Shown here: positions 1 through 7,687 of the stretch, piece by piece
How the letters are laid out: each line of letters starts with the position of its first letter
Numbering within the stretch: position 1 is the first letter of the stretch
NCBI GenBank assembly: GCA_000004985.1
Contig: GG739118.1
Source of the DNA: Naegleria gruberi
Lineage: Eukaryota
DNA length: 7,687 nucleotides
Direction: 5' to 3' (one strand)
Translations under genes and position numbers: made by a program
Notes under the pieces: generated by a model
The model's database searches: none
Told to the model about the DNA's origin: nothing
The model's input: the letters and a program-made list of their open reading frames with translations, nothing else

Positions 1-998
1 TTGTTGCATGATATTAAAAGTACTGTCAGCCAATCCACAAGCATTAGAAGTGGTTTTGTAACGGAGTGAAACCTTGTAACGACCTCTTCTCAGAGTTAAG
101 GTTGCTCCAAAGTCAAACCACCAAACAGAACTCAGTTTGATAATCTTTCCAAATACACTGCTTGATGACTTTTTGGTTTTCCAATAATTTTCATTCAACC
201 AAATGATATAACTTCCATTCAACTTTCTTCCCCAACTAAGCTTATCTCTTCTGTCATAGTACAGCTTCAACAAGTCAATTTTCTTACAATGTTTTAAATT
301 TCTTTGAGATTCCTGATAGTACATTTCTGGTAATGTTATACACTGAGATTCAATGAGCTTGATAAGAAAATCTCTCGAGGAAATCAACTCTCTCATTATC
401 TTACAAGTTTGATAGCAAGTATTCAAATCTTTCACATGGAGATAGGACAAGATATTTTGCCAATTGTAAGCTCCCAATACAGAAATCATTTCAAGTTTCG
501 AACTGATAAACTTTTCAACAATTGGCTCCACATCTTCAATATATTCATTCGTAAGTTTCTCATTCATCCACTCTTCATCTTTTCCCAAATGTGAAAATTC
601 CAATCGTCCATCAATTTCAACAAAATTCCATCCTCTATGTTCAATATCTTGATGTATTTTCCATTCCAATTTGAAAAGCTGTTCATTCTGTACATCTCCC
701 TTACAGGCAGCAAAACAAATTCTTCTAAATTGTTTACCTTTCTTTACAATGAAACTAATCTTTCCTGAAGAACCTTCCATTCCCTCAAAAGAACCTCTAT
801 TCAATGAGACTTCTCCATAGAATGGATGAATTTCCTTAACTACTCCCTTCTTCATTATCAAATTGTTCTCATCCCTTGGTTTTCCTTTTATAATTAATTG
901 TTCAATTTTCTCATCATTTTGATCATCATCAAACTGGTGATTATTAATTAATGATGATGAAAATACAAAATAGCCTTCATATATTTCTTCCTCTTCTT
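1..998 (-). CDS. F-box domain protein. It is partial: the C-terminus runs past the window start, and the N-terminal exon(s) are presumed to lie in the N gap
   Basis: The reverse-strand frame, with codons ending at +999, 996, ..., 3, is open for 333 codons from +999 to +1. Its translation is ...EEEEEIYEGYFVFSSSLINNHQFDDDQNDEKIEQLIIKGKPRDENNLIMKKGVVKEIHPFYGEVSLNRGSFEGMEGSSGKISFIVKKGKQFRRICFAACKGDVQNEQLFKLEWKIHQDIEHRGWNFVEIDGRLEFSHLGKDEEWMNEKLTNEYIEDVEPIVEKFISSKLEMISVLGAYNWQNILSYLHVKDLNTCYQTCKIMRELISSRDFLIKLIESQCITLPEMYYQESQRNLKHCKKIDLLKLYYDRRDKLSWGRKLNGSYIIWLNENYWKTKKSSSSVFGKIIKLSSVWWFDFGATLTLRRGRYKVSLRYKTTSNACGLADSTFNIMQQ. No ORF this long appears in any other frame of this AT-rich flank. An in-frame TAA at +1002..1000 sits immediately 5' of a possible acceptor (cttatttaag|aag on the minus strand). 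The first in-frame ATG is at +855..853, so a conservative CDS would be 1..855. The 48 open codons upstream of that ATG suggest a spliced upstream exon instead. Confidence 0.8.
349..486 (-). other. Segment encoding the F-box motif
   Basis: The translated stretch MISVLGAYNWQNILSYLHVKDLNTCYQTCKIMRELISSRDFLIKLIE matches the canonical F-box pattern (xxILSYLxxKDLxxCxxVCKxWxxLISxxxLWKKLIE) nearly position by position. This is pattern recognition from the translation, not a database search. Confidence 0.7.
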
Positions 999-1018
999 CT
1001 TAAATAAGCTTGTTGTCT

Positions 1019-4000
1019 NNNNNNNNNNNNNNNNNNNNNNNNNNNNNNNNNNNNNNNNNNNNNNNNNNNNNNNNNNNNNNNNNNNNNNNNNNNNNNNNNN
1101 NNNNNNNNNNNNNNNNNNNNNNNNNNNNNNNNNNNNNNNNNNNNNNNNNNNNNNNNNNNNNNNNNNNNNNNNNNNNNNNNNNNNNNNNNNNNNNNNNNNN
1201 NNNNNNNNNNNNNNNNNNNNNNNNNNNNNNNNNNNNNNNNNNNNNNNNNNNNNNNNNNNNNNNNNNNNNNNNNNNNNNNNNNNNNNNNNNNNNNNNNNNN
1301 NNNNNNNNNNNNNNNNNNNNNNNNNNNNNNNNNNNNNNNNNNNNNNNNNNNNNNNNNNNNNNNNNNNNNNNNNNNNNNNNNNNNNNNNNNNNNNNNNNNN
1401 NNNNNNNNNNNNNNNNNNNNNNNNNNNNNNNNNNNNNNNNNNNNNNNNNNNNNNNNNNNNNNNNNNNNNNNNNNNNNNNNNNNNNNNNNNNNNNNNNNNN
1501 NNNNNNNNNNNNNNNNNNNNNNNNNNNNNNNNNNNNNNNNNNNNNNNNNNNNNNNNNNNNNNNNNNNNNNNNNNNNNNNNNNNNNNNNNNNNNNNNNNNN
1601 NNNNNNNNNNNNNNNNNNNNNNNNNNNNNNNNNNNNNNNNNNNNNNNNNNNNNNNNNNNNNNNNNNNNNNNNNNNNNNNNNNNNNNNNNNNNNNNNNNNN
1701 NNNNNNNNNNNNNNNNNNNNNNNNNNNNNNNNNNNNNNNNNNNNNNNNNNNNNNNNNNNNNNNNNNNNNNNNNNNNNNNNNNNNNNNNNNNNNNNNNNNN
1801 NNNNNNNNNNNNNNNNNNNNNNNNNNNNNNNNNNNNNNNNNNNNNNNNNNNNNNNNNNNNNNNNNNNNNNNNNNNNNNNNNNNNNNNNNNNNNNNNNNNN
1901 NNNNNNNNNNNNNNNNNNNNNNNNNNNNNNNNNNNNNNNNNNNNNNNNNNNNNNNNNNNNNNNNNNNNNNNNNNNNNNNNNNNNNNNNNNNNNNNNNNNN
2001 NNNNNNNNNNNNNNNNNNNNNNNNNNNNNNNNNNNNNNNNNNNNNNNNNNNNNNNNNNNNNNNNNNNNNNNNNNNNNNNNNNNNNNNNNNNNNNNNNNNN
2101 NNNNNNNNNNNNNNNNNNNNNNNNNNNNNNNNNNNNNNNNNNNNNNNNNNNNNNNNNNNNNNNNNNNNNNNNNNNNNNNNNNNNNNNNNNNNNNNNNNNN
2201 NNNNNNNNNNNNNNNNNNNNNNNNNNNNNNNNNNNNNNNNNNNNNNNNNNNNNNNNNNNNNNNNNNNNNNNNNNNNNNNNNNNNNNNNNNNNNNNNNNNN
2301 NNNNNNNNNNNNNNNNNNNNNNNNNNNNNNNNNNNNNNNNNNNNNNNNNNNNNNNNNNNNNNNNNNNNNNNNNNNNNNNNNNNNNNNNNNNNNNNNNNNN
2401 NNNNNNNNNNNNNNNNNNNNNNNNNNNNNNNNNNNNNNNNNNNNNNNNNNNNNNNNNNNNNNNNNNNNNNNNNNNNNNNNNNNNNNNNNNNNNNNNNNNN
2501 NNNNNNNNNNNNNNNNNNNNNNNNNNNNNNNNNNNNNNNNNNNNNNNNNNNNNNNNNNNNNNNNNNNNNNNNNNNNNNNNNNNNNNNNNNNNNNNNNNNN
2601 NNNNNNNNNNNNNNNNNNNNNNNNNNNNNNNNNNNNNNNNNNNNNNNNNNNNNNNNNNNNNNNNNNNNNNNNNNNNNNNNNNNNNNNNNNNNNNNNNNNN
2701 NNNNNNNNNNNNNNNNNNNNNNNNNNNNNNNNNNNNNNNNNNNNNNNNNNNNNNNNNNNNNNNNNNNNNNNNNNNNNNNNNNNNNNNNNNNNNNNNNNNN
2801 NNNNNNNNNNNNNNNNNNNNNNNNNNNNNNNNNNNNNNNNNNNNNNNNNNNNNNNNNNNNNNNNNNNNNNNNNNNNNNNNNNNNNNNNNNNNNNNNNNNN
2901 NNNNNNNNNNNNNNNNNNNNNNNNNNNNNNNNNNNNNNNNNNNNNNNNNNNNNNNNNNNNNNNNNNNNNNNNNNNNNNNNNNNNNNNNNNNNNNNNNNNN
3001 NNNNNNNNNNNNNNNNNNNNNNNNNNNNNNNNNNNNNNNNNNNNNNNNNNNNNNNNNNNNNNNNNNNNNNNNNNNNNNNNNNNNNNNNNNNNNNNNNNNN
3101 NNNNNNNNNNNNNNNNNNNNNNNNNNNNNNNNNNNNNNNNNNNNNNNNNNNNNNNNNNNNNNNNNNNNNNNNNNNNNNNNNNNNNNNNNNNNNNNNNNNN
3201 NNNNNNNNNNNNNNNNNNNNNNNNNNNNNNNNNNNNNNNNNNNNNNNNNNNNNNNNNNNNNNNNNNNNNNNNNNNNNNNNNNNNNNNNNNNNNNNNNNNN
3301 NNNNNNNNNNNNNNNNNNNNNNNNNNNNNNNNNNNNNNNNNNNNNNNNNNNNNNNNNNNNNNNNNNNNNNNNNNNNNNNNNNNNNNNNNNNNNNNNNNNN
3401 NNNNNNNNNNNNNNNNNNNNNNNNNNNNNNNNNNNNNNNNNNNNNNNNNNNNNNNNNNNNNNNNNNNNNNNNNNNNNNNNNNNNNNNNNNNNNNNNNNNN
3501 NNNNNNNNNNNNNNNNNNNNNNNNNNNNNNNNNNNNNNNNNNNNNNNNNNNNNNNNNNNNNNNNNNNNNNNNNNNNNNNNNNNNNNNNNNNNNNNNNNNN
3601 NNNNNNNNNNNNNNNNNNNNNNNNNNNNNNNNNNNNNNNNNNNNNNNNNNNNNNNNNNNNNNNNNNNNNNNNNNNNNNNNNNNNNNNNNNNNNNNNNNNN
3701 NNNNNNNNNNNNNNNNNNNNNNNNNNNNNNNNNNNNNNNNNNNNNNNNNNNNNNNNNNNNNNNNNNNNNNNNNNNNNNNNNNNNNNNNNNNNNNNNNNNN
3801 NNNNNNNNNNNNNNNNNNNNNNNNNNNNNNNNNNNNNNNNNNNNNNNNNNNNNNNNNNNNNNNNNNNNNNNNNNNNNNNNNNNNNNNNNNNNNNNNNNNN
3901 NNNNNNNNNNNNNNNNNNNNNNNNNNNNNNNNNNNNNNNNNNNNNNNNNNNNNNNNNNNNNNNNNNNNNNNNNNNNNNNNNNNNNNNNNNNNNNNNNNNN

Positions 4001-6414
4001 NNNNNNNNNNNNNNNNNNNNNNNNNNNNNNNNNNNNNNNNNNNNNNNNNNNNNNNNNNNNNNNNNNNNNNNNNNNNNNNNNNNNNNNNNNNNNNNNNNNN
4101 NNNNNNNNNNNNNNNNNNNNNNNNNNNNNNNNNNNNNNNNNNNNNNNNNNNNNNNNNNNNNNNNNNNNNNNNNNNNNNNNNNNNNNNNNNNNNNNNNNNN
4201 NNNNNNNNNNNNNNNNNNNNNNNNNNNNNNNNNNNNNNNNNNNNNNNNNNNNNNNNNNNNNNNNNNNNNNNNNNNNNNNNNNNNNNNNNNNNNNNNNNNN
4301 NNNNNNNNNNNNNNNNNNNNNNNNNNNNNNNNNNNNNNNNNNNNNNNNNNNNNNNNNNNNNNNNNNNNNNNNNNNNNNNNNNNNNNNNNNNNNNNNNNNN
4401 NNNNNNNNNNNNNNNNNNNNNNNNNNNNNNNNNNNNNNNNNNNNNNNNNNNNNNNNNNNNNNNNNNNNNNNNNNNNNNNNNNNNNNNNNNNNNNNNNNNN
4501 NNNNNNNNNNNNNNNNNNNNNNNNNNNNNNNNNNNNNNNNNNNNNNNNNNNNNNNNNNNNNNNNNNNNNNNNNNNNNNNNNNNNNNNNNNNNNNNNNNNN
4601 NNNNNNNNNNNNNNNNNNNNNNNNNNNNNNNNNNNNNNNNNNNNNNNNNNNNNNNNNNNNNNNNNNNNNNNNNNNNNNNNNNNNNNNNNNNNNNNNNNNN
4701 NNNNNNNNNNNNNNNNNNNNNNNNNNNNNNNNNNNNNNNNNNNNNNNNNNNNNNNNNNNNNNNNNNNNNNNNNNNNNNNNNNNNNNNNNNNNNNNNNNNN
4801 NNNNNNNNNNNNNNNNNNNNNNNNNNNNNNNNNNNNNNNNNNNNNNNNNNNNNNNNNNNNNNNNNNNNNNNNNNNNNNNNNNNNNNNNNNNNNNNNNNNN
4901 NNNNNNNNNNNNNNNNNNNNNNNNNNNNNNNNNNNNNNNNNNNNNNNNNNNNNNNNNNNNNNNNNNNNNNNNNNNNNNNNNNNNNNNNNNNNNNNNNNNN
5001 NNNNNNNNNNNNNNNNNNNNNNNNNNNNNNNNNNNNNNNNNNNNNNNNNNNNNNNNNNNNNNNNNNNNNNNNNNNNNNNNNNNNNNNNNNNNNNNNNNNN
5101 NNNNNNNNNNNNNNNNNNNNNNNNNNNNNNNNNNNNNNNNNNNNNNNNNNNNNNNNNNNNNNNNNNNNNNNNNNNNNNNNNNNNNNNNNNNNNNNNNNNN
5201 NNNNNNNNNNNNNNNNNNNNNNNNNNNNNNNNNNNNNNNNNNNNNNNNNNNNNNNNNNNNNNNNNNNNNNNNNNNNNNNNNNNNNNNNNNNNNNNNNNNN
5301 NNNNNNNNNNNNNNNNNNNNNNNNNNNNNNNNNNNNNNNNNNNNNNNNNNNNNNNNNNNNNNNNNNNNNNNNNNNNNNNNNNNNNNNNNNNNNNNNNNNN
5401 NNNNNNNNNNNNNNNNNNNNNNNNNNNNNNNNNNNNNNNNNNNNNNNNNNNNNNNNNNNNNNNNNNNNNNNNNNNNNNNNNNNNNNNNNNNNNNNNNNNN
5501 NNNNNNNNNNNNNNNNNNNNNNNNNNNNNNNNNNNNNNNNNNNNNNNNNNNNNNNNNNNNNNNNNNNNNNNNNNNNNNNNNNNNNNNNNNNNNNNNNNNN
5601 NNNNNNNNNNNNNNNNNNNNNNNNNNNNNNNNNNNNNNNNNNNNNNNNNNNNNNNNNNNNNNNNNNNNNNNNNNNNNNNNNNNNNNNNNNNNNNNNNNNN
5701 NNNNNNNNNNNNNNNNNNNNNNNNNNNNNNNNNNNNNNNNNNNNNNNNNNNNNNNNNNNNNNNNNNNNNNNNNNNNNNNNNNNNNNNNNNNNNNNNNNNN
5801 NNNNNNNNNNNNNNNNNNNNNNNNNNNNNNNNNNNNNNNNNNNNNNNNNNNNNNNNNNNNNNNNNNNNNNNNNNNNNNNNNNNNNNNNNNNNNNNNNNNN
5901 NNNNNNNNNNNNNNNNNNNNNNNNNNNNNNNNNNNNNNNNNNNNNNNNNNNNNNNNNNNNNNNNNNNNNNNNNNNNNNNNNNNNNNNNNNNNNNNNNNNN
6001 NNNNNNNNNNNNNNNNNNNNNNNNNNNNNNNNNNNNNNNNNNNNNNNNNNNNNNNNNNNNNNNNNNNNNNNNNNNNNNNNNNNNNNNNNNNNNNNNNNNN
6101 NNNNNNNNNNNNNNNNNNNNNNNNNNNNNNNNNNNNNNNNNNNNNNNNNNNNNNNNNNNNNNNNNNNNNNNNNNNNNNNNNNNNNNNNNNNNNNNNNNNN
6201 NNNNNNNNNNNNNNNNNNNNNNNNNNNNNNNNNNNNNNNNNNNNNNNNNNNNNNNNNNNNNNNNNNNNNNNNNNNNNNNNNNNNNNNNNNNNNNNNNNNN
6301 NNNNNNNNNNNNNNNNNNNNNNNNNNNNNNNNNNNNNNNNNNNNNNNNNNNNNNNNNNNNNNNNNNNNNNNNNNNNNNNNNNNNNNNNNNNNNNNNNNNN
6401 NNNNNNNNNNNNNN
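1019..6414. other. Assembly gap: a 5,396-nt run of N
   Basis: Uninterrupted N from 1019 to 6414. The non-round length suggests an estimated gap size in a scaffolded draft assembly. Confidence 0.99.
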
Positions 6415-7273
6415 TTTAAGTGATTTTCAGTCTGTTATGGACAAGTATACAAACAATCATGGTAAACCTTTGAAAATGATTGCAAAAGATTACAATGATT
6501 GTTCAGCAGATCATTTTTTGGAATTCGTGGTTTTTAGTTGCCCAATTATGTATGATTTTCTTATTAATAATAAGAATCACTGTGATGTTTCATTCAGTTT
6601 GAAGAAGAAACATATAATATGTTGGTCAAATCACGTAGAATACGTACTTTCTTTGATTCAAGATTTGGTTTCACCTTCAAATATTGAAATTGCAAAATTG
6701 AAACATTTCAATTTCAGGAAACAAGTCATTTCCCTATATGGTAATGGTAATTTTACAAATCCTAATTTTCATTGGAATTCTCATATTTTTGAAGATTGTT
6801 TGAAGTGGGGAAATGCCAGGTTCTTCTGGGCATTGCTTTTTGAATTGAAACACAAAGTTTTCAAACAATTTAATGACTCTTCCAATCACAAAAATTTAGA
6901 ACAACGAGGAGCGAATTTTGAAAAACTTCAAAGACAAATTAACATCAATTATCCTTGGGTAAGAAATCAATCTGAAAACAAGAAATGGATTCCAATTGTA
7001 CAAAACAAAGAATTTATTTTATTTAAGGCAAAGGATGGTTCCTTACTTGTTGGTCAATTTGTTGAGGTTAAAGAGCAAAGAGTATATTTCACCAACATCA
7101 AAAAGTGTCTCTCTTCGGTTCATCCAATTATTGGATATAGATTAATTGATTCAAACATTCATGTAACAACAGGCTATGTTGCACTAAATCAAATAATTGG
7201 TAAATGTTTGATTCATAATATTGCTGGCAAAGAAATGTTCAACCAATACTCGTTTTTCATGAATTTCCATAAA
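6415..7273 (+). CDS. Upstream exon of a kinase-like gene. It is open to the gap at its 5' end (in-frame ATG candidate at 6437). An N-terminal region of unknown function is followed by a degenerate kinase N-lobe. The unspliced ORF would continue to the TAA at 7283-7285.
   Basis: A 290-codon open frame (6416-7285, frame 2) with no stop, in AT-rich DNA where the other frames are riddled with stops. Its C-terminal ~90 residues (KWIPIVQNKEFILFKAKDGSLLVGQFVEVKEQRVYFTNIKKCLSSVHPIIGYRLIDSNIHVTTGYVALNQIIGKCLIHNIAGKEMFNQYSFFMNFHK) resemble a kinase N-lobe: a 'WIP...F' lead-in, 'VEVK' as a candidate beta3 lysine, an 'HPIIGY' beta4-like segment and an 'LIHNIAGKEMFNQY' hinge-like segment. The GxGxxG glycine loop is absent. 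The end at 7273 assumes the splice model described under findings. Confidence 0.65.
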
Positions 7274-7403
7274 GTTAAATTTTAAAAATAGAACTTTTAT
7301 TAATTTTTGGCTTTGAAGGTGTATTCAACAGCTTCCGACTACCCGCACTACCATCCGGCTGTAACCGGCTACCGGCTACACCACCAACTACATCCACTCT
7401 TAG
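7274..7403 (+). other. Putative phase-0 intron, 130 nt: weak donor aaa|GTTAAA, acceptor ccactcttAG|gtt. An alternative phase-1 intron runs 7200-7416 (strong donor GTAAAT, acceptor tttcAG).
   Basis: This interval contains the in-frame stops TAA 7283, TAG 7289 and TAA 7301, holds no ATG at all, and is bounded by GT...AG in frame-compatible positions. Under this model the spliced product puts 34 residues between the hinge-like 'FNQY' and the HRD aspartate, a normal kinase spacing. Confidence 0.35.
7331..7400 (+). repeat. GC-rich island with short direct repeats: five copies of CTAC and three of CCGGCT
   Basis: The sequence gcttccgaCTACccgcaCTACcatCCGGCTgtaaCCGGCTaCCGGCTACaccaccaaCTACatccactc is roughly 55% GC, inside DNA that is otherwise about 30% GC. 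It lies within the putative intron and is immediately followed by a pyrimidine tract and AG. Confidence 0.4.
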
Positions 7404-7687
7404 GTTGTAATTTCAGCTGGAATACAATTAGTTCAAGCTTTGAAAGATATTCACATGAAAATGAGTCTTATCCACAGAGATATAAAGTTAGATAACATTG
7501 CTCTCGATCAAGTGGTAGTTGAAAATAATGAAATTCAAAGCGCAATCATCAAGGTTATTGATTTTGAAAGTGCTGTTTCTATTCAAAATCAGGGAGCTCT
7601 TGAAGAAGAAATGTATCATGTCACTGAAAGTTATCGATGCCCAGATGATATACTACTTTCCACCAAGAGCGAGATTTATGCTCTTGG
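7404..7687 (+). CDS. Exon encoding a protein kinase catalytic core, subdomains VIa to IX. It is partial: the 3' end lies beyond the window. Under the alternative acceptor the exon would start at 7417.
   Basis: Frame 3 translation: VVISAGIQLVQALKDIHMKMSLIHRDIKLDNIALDQVVVENNEIQSAIIKVIDFESAVSIQNQGALEEEMYHVTESYRCPDDILLSTKSEIYALG. It contains the catalytic loop HRDIKLDN (7473-7496), DFE at the DFG position (7560-7568), YRCPDD at the APE position, and SEIYALG resembling the subdomain-IX D-x-W-S-x-G motif. The frame is closed upstream by TAG at 7401-7403, and there is no ATG anywhere in 7286-7416. Confidence 0.85.

Noticed and set aside
409-594. A 61-aa plus-strand ORF
   Set aside because: It starts at TTG, not ATG, and lies entirely antisense to the much longer F-box reading frame. 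Its translation (MIASIQIFHMEIGQDIL...) is low-complexity with no motif.
917-960. A 9-bp inverted repeat (tcatcatca ... tgatgatga) around a ttaattaa palindrome, a potential hairpin
   Set aside because: It lies inside the minus-strand coding frame. The arms are simply Ser-Ser-Ser and Asp-Asp-Asp codon runs, whose triplets happen to be reverse complements. There is no flanking context suggesting a regulatory role.
1010-7285. The 2,091-aa ORF in the provided track
   Set aside because: It is an artefact. About 1,800 of its residues are X translated from the N run. Only the final 290 codons (6416-7285) are real sequence.
6415-7285. Ciliate-type genetic code (TAA/TAG read as Gln), which would fuse the ORF and kinase exon without splicing
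   Set aside because: Gln is abundantly encoded by CAA/CAG and there is not one in-frame TAA/TAG across 290 codons, which is inconsistent with ciliate usage. Also, the kinase exon is in a different frame from the ORF, so read-through would not join them anyway.
7319-7416. Possible tRNA, snoRNA or SINE in the GC-rich segment
   Set aside because: No tRNA A-box or B-box (TRGCNNAGTGG / GGTTCGANTCC), no cloverleaf-compatible pairing, and no C/D (RUGAUGA / CUGA) or H/ACA boxes could be found by eye.
7307-7495. A 62-aa plus-strand ORF (MALKVYSTASDYPHYHP...)
   Set aside because: It starts at TTG, runs through the GC-rich repeat island, and overlaps the kinase exon out of frame. The kinase frame carries the conserved HRD loop there, so this ORF is spurious.
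1-7687. Prokaryotic defence island, operon or CRISPR interpretation
   Set aside because: No repeat-spacer array, no Shine-Dalgarno-spaced gene packing, and no overlapping start and stop codons. The composition, the sized scaffold gap, GT...AG-bounded stop-containing spacers and F-box/eukaryotic-kinase content all point to a eukaryotic nuclear locus.

Overview
The window holds two stretches of real sequence (1-1018 and 6415-7687) separated by a 5,396-nt run of N (1019-6414). The DNA is AT-rich, and the large estimated-size gap plus intron-like signals make it look like a draft eukaryotic scaffold, not a prokaryotic locus. Lineage cannot be fixed from sequence alone. The standard genetic code fits: glutamine is encoded by CAA/CAG and in-frame TAA/TAG are rare, so a ciliate code is unlikely. 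The left flank carries one long minus-strand open frame with a strong F-box motif. It is partial at both ends and its 5' exon(s) must lie in the gap. The right flank carries a plus-strand open frame (6415-7285) followed about 120-180 nt downstream by an exon that clearly encodes a protein-kinase catalytic core (HRDIKLDN loop, DFE in place of DFG, CPDD in place of APE, and a subdomain-IX-like SEIYALG). That kinase exon has no available start codon. The last ~90 residues of the upstream ORF look like a degenerate kinase N-lobe. The most economical reading is one spliced gene whose intron contains the ORF's TAA stop and a conspicuous GC-rich CTAC/CCGGCT repeat island. No RNA genes, CRISPR arrays or prokaryote-style operon structure are supportable.
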